In this document: in pieces, positions 25,110 to 36,821 of the stretch
How the letters are laid out: the number at the start of each line of letters is the position of its first letter
Position numbering within the stretch: the first letter of the stretch is position 1
Source: Macrostomum lignano
Taxonomy: Eukaryota
Length of the DNA: 64,000 nucleotides
Direction of reading: 5' to 3'
Assembly (NCBI GenBank): GCA_002269645.1
Contig: NIVC01000227.1
Location: 372,001 to 436,000, forward strand
Translations under genes and position numbers: made by a program
The notes under the pieces: generated by a model
Told to the model about the DNA's origin: nothing
Database searches by the model: none
What the model saw: the letters and a program-made list of their open reading frames with translations, nothing else

Positions 25110-25445
25110 ATTGGTGTCTGCATGCTTCTCGCGGGTACAAGTAAGCTTTACTTTGTCATTGCCGAGCCTGAAGTCTGCATGGCACCAAACACTTCAAGCG
25201 TAGTCATAATTATTGTTTTGGGCATCTTGCCATCAAATAAAACATCAGATCCCTCAGACTCAACATTGGCGACGAGGATGTCTAAAACTATCGAAGCCTT
25301 CAACCATGCATGGCACACCCAGAAGAGTGGGAGCCTTATTTCGAAAGGTTCGAGCAAGCATTGATTGCTCCAGGCATCAAGACAGACGAGCTGAAGCGTG
25401 CGAATCTGCTGAGTTTAATTGGATCTGAAACCTACCGTACGTGTA
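25110..25445 (+). mobile_element. Gypsy/Ty3 LTR retrotransposon 5' remnant: LTR end, PBS and gag start
   Basis: AATAAA, then ...CAACA, then PBS TGGCGACGAGGATG (25267-25280), then EEWEPYFERFEQALIAPGIKTDELKRANLLSLIGSETY, which is typical of a Gypsy gag N-terminus. Confidence 0.75.
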
Positions 25446-25756
25446 GCCATAAGCGCCAGTTTCACAACACATGTACAATGTCAGTACAACTCCGTGACGC
25501 ATGTGCAGTACGGAACGGGAAGAAAGGCTCAGCAAGTCAGAGAAAAAAAACTTGGTTGGTCACCGCGCGTGGACCAATAAAATAGCAGTGGGAAGGAAGT
25601 CCTCCGTTTCCATGGTAACGAAAAAAGATTTGCAAATATTCCAAAACTGTTGTCTAATATACATGTATGCATGCAATAAACTGGAAAACTGAATAATTCG
25701 CTGTCATCCGCAAGTCAATATAGGCTCAGCCTCAAACTTCTATTTGTAACCTAGTA

Positions 25757-27546
25757 ATGAACTGGTTTCTTAACTTCCTATCGACACTGCTGTCTTCTGC
25801 TCTGGTGAGCAGCGCGGCCAGACTCGAGCTGCAGCTCAGTGCCGCAATCAATGGAACTCACCCAGTCGCGTTTGAAGTAGCGCAAAGCTTCAACCAGCGT
25901 CACTGTTCTCAGCTGTGCTCAGAAATAGCCGAGTGCTTCGGATTCTACTCGGTGCAGGACAAGACGGGAACCTGCGGACTCTTCAACGCGACCGCCTTCT
26001 ACTGGAAGAGCTCCTGGACAGCCGCCGCGTCGGAGCAGCAGTTTGACATCTTTGTGATTGCTGTCGGTAAGTATCAATATAAGCTTGTGCCTCTTAAAAC
26101 CTGTCAGAGGTTACTTGAATCGGTCGCATATGGTACATTGCATCGTATGGTCATCAAAGGTCCCCAAAAATGAAACTTTAGGATGGTCCTTATAAGGAAA
26201 TTAAAATGGGCAAGCAAGGGGCTCAATCTTCATAACTCCTAATGTGCATAAAAGTGCTTGTATAGCTATTAGTGTCTTTTCAGCAAGGGGGTCTGAGCTT
26301 TAAGATCTGTCTCTGTGTTACAGTGTAGCTATTTTTCCTCGGTAAAGAAAATCAATTTTACGAGCGTTTTAGCTTCAGATGCAGCACGTATAGGATGGTC
26401 TATGTACATGCATGTGCGTATGTTCCTCTGTCTCCCTTTGGTAACGCTCCAACGACAATCTGACAGAAAAACTGATCTATCTCTATCTTGTCTGCATCAT
26501 AGCCAGCTAGGGGTATAGGGGGACCGTGGCTGCCGATAGACTGCATGGCAAACATGATGGCGCCCCCTCGCAAAAAACATTTAGCGCTTCTGTTCTCATT
26601 AGTGCTGGCTCCCTTGCTGCAATTAATTGGCTGGAATACGCATTTATTAACCCATCCGTCTCTGAGAGAGCTCAAAGTTATCTTTATTAATTATGTACAA
26701 GCCTTACTGGGCTATTTTTGCATCTGCTTCGCCGTGGCCAACGCTCTTTAGCTCATAAATGTACACTCATCCAGCTAAAGCAATAGCGTTGGTTGTATAG
26801 AAGTTCTATCAACTTCATTTCAATGCGAAACAGGAATCAGAATTAATTAAGATAAATTAAAAGCAAGGCCGATGGATGACAGGTTTAGCTTTATTAACCT
26901 CGTCGTGCACAGCTACCCTACAATGCGGTACCGTCCCCCCATAGCATCGCCCAACCTCAGCCAGGGTCAGATATGGAGTGTGTCATGATGGCAACACGAT
27001 GAGGCCTTTCGGGGCAGAAAAATGCTCATGAATATTTTTGCCCATTTCTGGTAGATTATATGCTGCTGGAAGTAGTAGCTAGTAGATTTTCAGGGCATGA
27101 CGATTTTTAACTATCCCGGAATATCACTTATTTCAGACTGGACAGTACGGCAGCTTTCCATCCCCAACTGCAGCCAGCGCTCAGTGTATATGTCGGCAGT
27201 CTGCAGTCGAGCTATCGATGGAAACAAAAATGCCGACTATAATGCAGGACTTTCCTGCACGCACACAAACGCATCTCCTAACCAATGGTGGGAGGCTGAA
27301 TTGCTTCGACCGTCAATCGTCACGCACGTGGTTCTGTACAACCGGCAGGATTGCTGTGACGGCCGGCTTAACAACTTTTCCGTGTCAGTGAATGATGCTG
27401 TATGTGCCGAAGTGAACACGTTGACGCCATTCTCAGTGGGCAACTTCTCCTGCCTGGGCGCTGGCAACAGAATTCGGGTTGAGAGTAAGCTGGACGATTC
27501 GCTTACCATCTGCGAGTTTGAAGCTTTCGGCATCTACTTTCCTTGA
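25757..27546 (+). CDS. Secreted PAN/apple + F-type lectin (fucolectin) protein, 2 exons (25757-26066, 27137-27546)
   Basis: Signal-like N-terminus and PAN cysteines (HCSQLCSEIAECFGF...TCGL). Phase-1 intron G|GTAAGT...TTTCAG|AC. FTL domain SRAIDGN...CTHT...WWEAEL...YNRQDCCDGRL with the exact H-x26-R-x-D-x4-R motif. Confidence 0.88.
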
Positions 27547-29514
27547 GACTTTTGAGTCGCCAAATGTAGGAAATGTAGGATAGGAAATTTTAGTTTTTAG
27601 CGCTGAAATCCATAACATCTCACCTGATGGACTTTCGAATAGCAAATGAAGTAATTAGCACATGTATCTGTCTTTTCTGAGGTGCATTCATACGTTTATC
27701 CAACTATTTTTTCTTGAAATGCTACTCAAGACTATAGCAATCAATCAAAGTTGCTGGCAAATTTGTTGTTGTTTCTGTCCTCAGCTTTCTGCCCCCTGTC
27801 CCCAATGCTTTTTGGAACAATTATTCTCTATTGAATTTCACTGGCGTAACTCTTTCGAAAAGCAAATCTTTGTAAAATACAACTGTATTTCAAGCGTTGA
27901 AGCCCTCCAATGATTTTTCTCGAGACGACTCGCCCTTATGTCTCACTACAATACTCATGTGAGTGCACCTTGGGACAAAATCCATAAATTTGCGAAATTG
28001 TGAATTTAGTGATGCTAAAAACTTGAAGTTTAGCTTTAGTTTTTGTGAAATTAGTGAAATTATTTATACTCTTAAAGCTTTTTGCTGCAAACAGAATGGT
28101 GATCGGGGACCGGGGTGTATGACTCTCTAAATCTATGCTTGCATAGAACCTACAGGTAAAAGTCTAGTTCAAACTTTTTTTCGATCGTTATCCTCTCACA
28201 CATTCTCCCATGCTTACATCGAACGCTGCAGGTTTTCAACCCAAAAATGATTACAACTTATATTTTCACGTACGTTACTGGCTCTGTAGACTTGATCAGG
28301 TTGCTACAGTATTAACAGTGCACTTACGCTCTTACAAGTACAGTTCGTTTGTGTACACAGTTCTTTGTTCAAGGTCTTTGTTTAAGATCACTCGATCCTA
28401 GCCCGCTCTGATCATGTTGCAGGTTAGATATCCCTTTCGCGAAGACATTTTTACGAATCCTGAGGGCCCATGGCCCAAGGCTTTATGATAAAGTTCCCGA
28501 GAAATGCATGTTTCCTCGATTTTCCCGGATATTATTTAATATTACCGAATAATGTCCCAGGAAAAGGAATGATATCTTGGAAGTCGTCGACATATTATAT
28601 CTGAGTTTTATTCCGTATGTGTGTAAGTTTGCATCCTCTTTTTGTCAATTTCTTTATGCCCTATTACCTCTTTTGTTATACTAAACCTATTAACAGACTT
28701 ATAATCCTTCATAAACTTATCTTAACAAATATACTATCAAACAACTCGGTCTTTATGCTTTTTTCTTTGCTTTCTGTGCCACGTTGGATAGACAGTTCGA
28801 AATTCGAGTTTAGAAATACGAGCTAGCTACCTTGAATTTACTCATCGAAAGAGCACAGACAGTTAGTAGCAGTGCCAGGCAGTATAGCAGTTTTTTTAGT
28901 GTTTGTGCCGCTCAGCCAACTCATTCCCCAGACCAAGGGTCAGGCGATAGAGCTCGATCCAGTGTACATAGCAAATAATTTGGAATAGTTTTCCAAATAG
29001 GTTTGGAATACCTTTATTTATAGCCTTCTCTGCACCTTCGTGGAGAGGCTAACTTAGCCATGACAGTTTAGTGAGGAATTCTAACCACTGCCCTCTGTAT
29101 AGGCAACCCTGCAGCAGTTTAGCAGTGGATGGCAAATCAAGGCACTGCGGCATGGTATGGTTTGTAAATCTTCTAAAAGCGAAAGATTTATGAGAAAGCG
29201 ATGGTATACAATACAATTAATCCTATAAAATTAATCACACCATGGAAATTTTAACATTTTAAGTTTTACTTATTAAAGACACTTTTAAATTTAAATGCCT
29301 CTAAATTAATGCGTATTTCCTTGCATGGTTGTTAGACTTCTGCAGTGGAGCTGGGGATACACAAACCCCTCCCAGGGCTGCACATTGGCCAAAAAGATGA
29401 CGTGATCGATGAAGTCAGCAAACGGCCGACGGAAAGAAACAAGCATGACTGCAGTCCATGAGAGAACTGTGTCCCACAAGCTGACCTTCAAAGCGGCAGA
29501 CTTTACCTCATGGC

Positions 29515-30830
29515 CAGATGAGAGTGGAAAGGAGAAGGAATAGAAGATTAGAGAAGAGAGAAGAGGCGAGAGATAGGATGAGAGAAGAGATTGCAGAGTA
29601 AAGGAGAGAAGAGAGGAGCGAGGAGAAGGAAAGAGGAGGGGAGAGAGGAGGGAGACAGAAGAGGGGAAGAGGGGGGGAGAGAGTAGAGAGAAGAGGAGAG
29701 GGGGAGTGAGGTAAGAGAGAAGCGAGGCGAAGGAAAGAGGAGGGAAGATTAGAGATCGAGAAGAGAGAGATAAGAGGGGAAAAAGAAGCGAGAGGAGAAG
29801 AGAGGGGAGAGAGAAGAGGGGAGACTGGAGAAGGAAAGAGGAGGGGAGGGGAGGGAGGGAAGGGGAGAAGCGAGAGGAGAGGGGAGAAGGGAGAGAGAGG
29901 AAGGTAGAGAAAAGGACCAACAGAGAAGAGAAGGGAAGAGAGTAGAAATGAGAGAGCATAGAGCAGAGAGGAGAGAGAAGAGAGAGAAGAGGGGAGAGAC
30001 GAGAGGGGAGGGAAGAGAGGACAAAACAGAAAAAAGAGGAGATATGAGAGCAAAGCAGTCAGCAAACGGCCGACGGAATGAAACACCATGAGAGTACTAC
30101 GTCCCACAAACTGGCTTTGGAAGGGCCAGGTAAAGAATCCAACTAATGGCTGCGGGCCAGATGAGAGTGGAAAGGAGAACGATTGGAAAAAAAGAGAAGA
30201 GGCGAGAGAGAGGATGAGAGAAAGGATATAAGATAGAAGGAGAGAAGACGGGAGAGAGGGGAGAGAGGGGAGAGGGGAAAGAGAGGAGAGAGTAGAGACA
30301 AGAGACATAGGGGAGAGGAAGAAAAGAGAAGAGAAGAGAGGAGAAGAGAGGAAAGAGAAAAGAAGTGAGATAAGAGAAGAGAGGAGAGAAGAGGAGAGAG
30401 AGCAGAGATGATCGATACTAGAGAGAGGATAGAAAATAGAGGAGAAAAGAGAGAAGAGAGAGAAAAATTGATTGTAGAGATGAGAGAGAAGATACGAGAG
30501 AGGAGAGAGGAGATACGAGAGATGAGAGAGAAGATACGAGAGATGAGAGAGAAGATACGAGAGAGGAGAGAGGAGATACGAGAGAGGAGAGAGGAGTAGG
30601 AACAGAGGAGAGAAGAGTGGGGATAGAAAAAAGAAGAGGAGATGAGAGAGAAGATGAGAAGAGGGGAGAGAAGAGGGAGGGGAGACAGAAGAGAGTAGAT
30701 AAAAGAGGAGAGAGGAGAGAAAAGAGAGGAGAGAGAAGAGAGAAGACGAGATGATAGATGAAATGAGAAAAGAAACGCGAGAGGAGAGAGGAGAGAAGTT
30801 TCATAGAACCCAAGGGACGGAGAGAGAGGC
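29515..30830. repeat. GA-rich low-complexity tract interrupted by a unique block
   Basis: Almost pure purine on the + strand. Confidence 0.9.
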
Positions 30831-31434
30831 AGAGGCCAGAGTTCGCCAGCACATGCTTTAGAGTCAGACAGACTCATTCTGCGCGGCAACCCAGCCGACC
30901 GACGAGATCAATGCTTGCCTCAAATCTAAATTTAACACGACTTGACTCAATTTTTCAAACCTCATGCCAATAGAAGAGGGCATGAGGTTGCTAATAGTTA
31001 TCCTAACTATTAACAAGTTTTTGTTTGAGTATGACTTCAAATCTAGGAATTTTTGCAAAAATACGAGCAGTCTAATGCAGCGGGTTCAAAATCCGCGGGT
31101 TTCAACAGCTTGTATACCGTATAAAATTGCGAGTTGCGCATATCTCAGCTTTGGACCTCCAAAACAAAGAAATCGATATTCTTTGACTTGTCGCAAAATA
31201 ATTCGCACTTTATACATGTACATATGCGTATGAAGCATGCACAAGTATAGTTAAATACTTATGTACTTCTGTGGTCTTTCGTTGTTATACTGTGAATTAA
31301 TTCGTTTCTCCTGCCGTCAGGTGTTTAAGTGAGACAGCGGTCTTGGCTCATAGCTATATTTAGAGCCATTGTTCCACACGTGAGCAAATAAGTTTAATAC
31401 GTCTTGAATTGTCAGTGCTTTAAATAACAAACTT

Positions 31435-31750
31435 GATCTGCTGAGATTCCACGGGAAGCTGCTGAGATTCCATGGGAAGCTGCTGAGATGTCATGGGGAG
31501 CTGCTGAGATGTCATGGGGAGCTGCTGAGATGTCATGGGAAGCTGCTGAGATGTCATGGGAAGCTGCTGAGATGTCATGGGGAGCTGCTGAGATGTCATG
31601 GGGAGCTGCTGAGATGTCATGGGGAGCTGCTGAGATGTCATGGGAAGCTGCTGAGATGTCATGGGAAGCTGCTGAGATGTCATGGGAAGCTGCTGAGATG
31701 TCATGGGAAGCTGCTGAGATGTCATGCTGAGCTGCGAGCTGCTGAGATGT
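31435..31750. repeat. Minisatellite, 21-bp unit GCTGCTGAGATGTCATGGGA(A/G)
   Basis: About 14 tandem units. Confidence 0.95.
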
Positions 31751-33175
31751 AATGGAGAGATCGCATTGGATCGAGAGCGCGCAGACATCTGATGCAGTCT
31801 GTCAATGCCTAATGCATGTACATGTAGCTACTAGATAGTACTATAACTTTACTGGAATCCTTTCGAATTTCACACAATTACTGTGTATACGAAAGCCTTT
31901 TATACAATAATATATTTTGCCTCCTAAATTCAACAAAAAATCCATAATCCTCTTCTTGCCTTCCTCCTCTATAGATCTCTTTAGTAGGGAAATCTGCCCC
32001 AATGCATGCGGGCAGATGTGGTAGAGTGGGGGAGGGGTTGGAAGAGAGTTGCTGTACACTCCGCTACTTTACATGAGCTGTACAATAAACAACATGTACG
32101 CATGCCTAAAAAAGTTGCCAGGAAACTAAATTGCAATAGTATTAAACGTTATGCTAGCGATTTAACTCCCAAAGAAAGGAGTTAATAATTCAATTTATTA
32201 TGACATTTCTATGACGCGCTCGCTCCACCACTGTCTGATTAGTATCGGGCTATAGGCTACTTTCTGACTAAGCCGAACTGGATTCACGGCGGCTCAAGTA
32301 CGGCGCGGGTGGCTTATTTTGGTCAACGAACGCACAGACAGAACTGCATCTACTAGTATCTGTCTATCCCTCTATCCTGTCTATCTCGGCAGTGCAGTGT
32401 GGGTGGCGTCCTCAGACTCCTCTCTACAAGATGTGTGCCTGCAACTGCATGCGACTATAGACTCTGAAGCTGTCTTGCGATTTGCGTACAGGCGCCTCAC
32501 CGAGTACGGCTCGGCCAAGAGGCCACGCACAGAGAGCTGGCTGGGGCTACTGCTGGCCAGTAGGTGAAGGAAAGTCGCTAGGGTGAGAGAATACACAGCT
32601 GGAGGATGAGGAGGATCGGCTCTAAAGCACAGGACGAGACTGGCACACGGTCCAATCCAGAGCCGACTGTCGGAGCTAGGTCTAACCCATCCAGCAACTC
32701 CCCGCAAAGCCTGTAAACAGCAGTCGGTGTGTGCAGACAAGAAAGTACGCCACCTCTGCTTGCGTCCAAATTCATCGCTGTGCACAGGGAGCGCGGTGCA
32801 TGCATAAAATCCATGTATATATTTGTGGCTTTTTGATTGAAAAAAAACCTTAGGACACAAGCTGAGGCCCGACAGCCGAGTACAAACTGTTCAAAGTAAA
32901 AGGTTGAAGCTCAAAACAAGGTATTAGACGTGCACAAGAAGCCGAGTAAAATTAGAGGGTCTACTAAGTACCCGTGACCTCAGAACGACCCTGCTGCTGC
33001 CCAGTTACCTAAGGCACATGGCCTGCTCTGCTTTATAAGCACATGAGAAATCTCAACTCAAAATAGGTTCGGTCAGTTAAGGACTGAAAAATCTTAATCT
33101 CCATCTGCGTACTGTTTGCTTTCATCCGACTTCGGCCCAATTCTTATCGACGAGAAGCACAAGGTGCTCAGCAGC

Positions 33176-35691
33176 ATGTCTGACAACAGCAACGGTGAAA
33201 AAATCGCCACCGCTCAATCGTCAAACGATGACGGAGGCGAAGGTCACACTGAGTCAACGAAGCTCGTGATGGCTTCTTCTCCGACTTCTCCAACATCGCC
33301 GCAAACGCCAACATCACCTACTTCGCCGAAATCACCGACATCACCGACGGCGAGAGCAAAGCGCTATTCCTTCCGGATGTCGCGGTCGCCGCCACAATCG
33401 CCAACCCGTCAGTCGGTGAACAGCAACTCCGGGGGCTTGGAGGAAGATGCCAGCAGCAAGGAGGTTGGAAGCGACAACGACGACGAGATTGAAATGGTGC
33501 CCGTTGTTGCCGAGGATGTGCTGCCACTGCCGCTGGACCGCGGCTACGCCTGGGTTGTCACTTTCGCCAGCATGATGGTCAGCTTCATTGTCGATGGCAT
33601 CGCCAATTCGTTCGGTCTGATGCTGGTGGACTTCTGCGACTATTTCCAAGCGGACAAAGCATCCGTGATGCTGATCGGTTCACTTCTATGCGGAGTGGGC
33701 ATGCTCACCGGGCCTATAGTCGGCGCGCTGGTCAACAAGTTCGGCTGTCGGCCGGTCTGCATGGCCGGTGCCGTGGTCGCTAGCGCAGGATTCTTCCTGA
33801 GCAGCTTCGCAACGAAGCTGTGGATGCTGACAGTCACCTACGGCATCATCAGCGGCTTTGGCAACGGCCTTCTTTACCTGCCGTGCGTGGTCTGCGTCAG
33901 CTTCTACTTTGAGCGATACCGATCCCTGGCCATGGGCCTCGCCGTCTGCGGCACGGGCATTGGCACCATCGTAATGGGGCCCGTCACCAATGCGCTGCTG
34001 GAGTCCATGGGCTGGCAGAACACGCTGATGATCTTGTCCGGCATCGCGCTTAATGGCGCCGTCCTGGGCGCCTTACTTCGACCGAACGAGCCGCCGATTG
34101 TTTCTGTCGGCATGGCAGCCTCAGTTCCCGCATCAGCCGCCGGGTCCCGGATCCGCCTGCACCAGCTGTCAGTCAGCGAGCCGATCGGGCGGCTGCCCCA
34201 GCGACATCGGCTGAGGCGGTTCAGCCTCCTGACCAGGGCACGATGGACCAACTAGCTGAGCAGTATGTGCGCAGGACGCGACTCGACAGCGAGGAGCCAG
34301 GAAACGCAGGTGGCGTCGGCAGTCAGCTAGCGACTATCCCGGAGGCCATGCCCGCACTGCCGGAGTCGCCTCTGGCTCAGCGCCAGTTGTCTCGCCCATT
34401 CCCGAAGAAGCGCCTCGACTCCGACCGGCGCATGTTCTCCAGCACAATCAGTGGCTTCGACGTAAGCTCGATGGGCAATCTGAGCGATCCGGACGCTCTA
34501 CTGAAGTCACTACCAGGGTTATTTGCTCGTCGACGTGCGGTGCGCAAGTCCAAGGCGGCCAAGGTAGCCAGGGCGAGACAATTCGACATTGCGCAGATTC
34601 GAGCCGGCGTAACCGCGGCAAACCTGGCGGATCTGCGCAGGCCGTTCTACCGTCGAGACATCTTCTACAGCGGCTCGGTGATGAATCTGACCAGCGCTCG
34701 AGTTCGGAGATCGCAACAGTCGCTGGCGCCCAGTCAGCTGTTCCTGTCCATGACTCGCATCCCCGGAGAGGCGCCACCAATGCAGTCCCCAACTGGCGAT
34801 CTGTCACCGCCAGTCAATCTTCCAACGCCGCCAAAGTGCCTGCGTTGCCTGCCAAAGCCGATCGTTGACGCCTTTCTTATGATGGTGGATCTAGGCCTGA
34901 TGAAGGACCTTGGCTTTGTGATAATCTGGATAGCAAACCTCATCGTTATGCTGGCCTTCTACGTTCCGCTGTTCTTTGTGAGTTCGTTTGCTCGGGAAAT
35001 TGACGTGTCGGAGGAGCAGGCTCGCTATCTAAACTCCGCATTCGGCGCCGCCAACACCGTCTGCAGGATCGCCATCGGGGGCCTGGCCAGCAACCCGCGG
35101 GTTTCCGCCCTGCTGCTCAACAATGTATCGCTGCTTCTGAGCGGCGTGTTTTGCATCTTGCTGAACTTCTGTACCGGCTTCTGGTCGCTTCTGACAGTGT
35201 ACACAATCCTCGGCATTTGCCTCGCCCCTGTCGTCACCCTGACCTCCGAGGTTCTCTGCAAACTGGTTGGCTTAGACAATCTCACCAACGCATTTGGCCT
35301 CGTCACTCTGGCCCGAGGAATTAGCGTCTGCATCGGGTCGCCCATCACGGCCTCTCTGTACAACGAGCGGACAAAATACAGCTTGCCCTTCTCATTCGGC
35401 GGCTGTCTATTCATCGTCGGATCCGTCATCTTCAGCATCCTGCTGCTACCACGCTTCCGGCAGAAGGAGGAAGACAACCAGCAGAAGGTGGAGGACATGA
35501 TTAAGAGTGCGCACAATCTCAACGCCAGTTTGGTGCTCGTCGACGGCAGCCAGGTCGTGGCCAGCAGCAACTTGGATTTGCACGCGCTCGCATCGCCCCA
35601 TCGCAAGCTGACGCTGTCGCATCAAAATTCGACAATGGAGGACGCGATTCCCGAAGAGGCTATGAATGATTATTATGAAGAGACTGTGTGA
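33176..35691 (+). CDS. Monocarboxylate transporter family (SLC16/MFS) protein with a reading-frame break at about 34090-34180
   Basis: LDRGYAWVVTFAS (MCT TM1 motif), GALVNKFGCRPV, YFERYRSLAMGLAVCGTGIG, and a second half with DLGLMKDLGF...FYVPLFF...LTNAFGLVTLARGISVCIGSPI. The two halves lie in different frames. Confidence 0.85.
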
Positions 35692-36821
35692 GATTTATAA
35701 CGTATCACTTTGAAGTAGCGGTTTGGCAATGCTTTTTACTGCGCTGAAAGAATGATCTCAAAGCGTTTGTGTGGTGAAATATTGAAATGCACTCAAGTGA
35801 GTCATCGGACATTCCACAATTGTATAAGGACGTTCTTTCAGCGCAAAACTATAGGTTAATTATACTGCACTTTACGCTTGTGTATCGAACACATATAGTA
35901 TTTTAGCGATTCACATCGACCATGCAGCGATGGCAGTCATTCCCGGTCCAAGAATCTTCCTTATGTACCGATCCCCAAAGTTGCAATTCAAAGCGCATTA
36001 GTTCTCTTTTCCTATCATTGTACAAAACACTGTAGAGCTAAAGCTGACAGCAGAAAAATAGTTGTCTCTTTAGAACGATTTTAATAGTCCCTGAAGTTTT
36101 TTCATTTCTTACAAAAAAAGGGTTTTACCAGCCCAAAACCTCATGAAATGCCAGCTTTTGTTGTACACCATTTTAGAGCGTGTTGCACCGTTTTAATTCA
36201 GTGAAAGCGTTTTAGTTTTTACTTCCAACATTTGATTTTGTGCTTCTCTTTTTGCACAACCATTCGTAGGGTGAGAAAATATAGAATTGATCTTTCAAAC
36301 CCCCCAGTATTCCCTGTGTTTTTTATGAAGCTCTCGTAAAAGCTCTTATTTGCATAGAACCATTTGCTTTGACTTTCTGCTTTAAAATTGTTTCGCTTAA
36401 AGCCTCTTGCCCTGACGTTTACTTTGTTTAATTGTCTTGCTTTTTGCGCTAAATTTCAAATTCAGAAAGCTATAAATTGGTCGTGCACTGTCACGTAATT
36501 CGATAATTATTCAAAATAAAGCTCAGAATTCGCCAGAACCGCCTGACACGCTTCGGTACGCTTTCTTAATTTGCACCTGCAGCAGCACCCCATTTCCAGG
36601 TCATTGGCAAATACTTTTTTTATTTTTGGCTAATGCAACTTAATAGTTTTTTTAAGTTGCGCTCGATAATTTTGGCCTCTACAGTGAATATGTAACCGAG
36701 AAGGTGCAAATTAGTTCGAGAAAATTTGGCATATGTTCGGGAGAAGCGCTATATAGGTCAGGTTTTTTGAATCTTGAGACGTTACTTTCGTTTATTAGCT
36801 CGGCAGACTGTCATATCCTAA

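Noticed and set aside
26995-27020. Hammerhead-like string ACGATGAGGCCTTTCGGGGCAGAAA
   Set aside because: The core lacks CUGA, an extra base precedes GAAA, and there is no helix III or NUH site.
29306-30889. Long Leu/Ser/Pro-rich and Arg/Glu-rich ORFs
   Set aside because: The GA/CT low-complexity tract lacks stop codons by composition.
32319-32860. Overlapping 80-160 aa ORFs upstream of the MCT gene
   Set aside because: No recognisable domain or splice structure. It may be 5' UTR or regulatory sequence.
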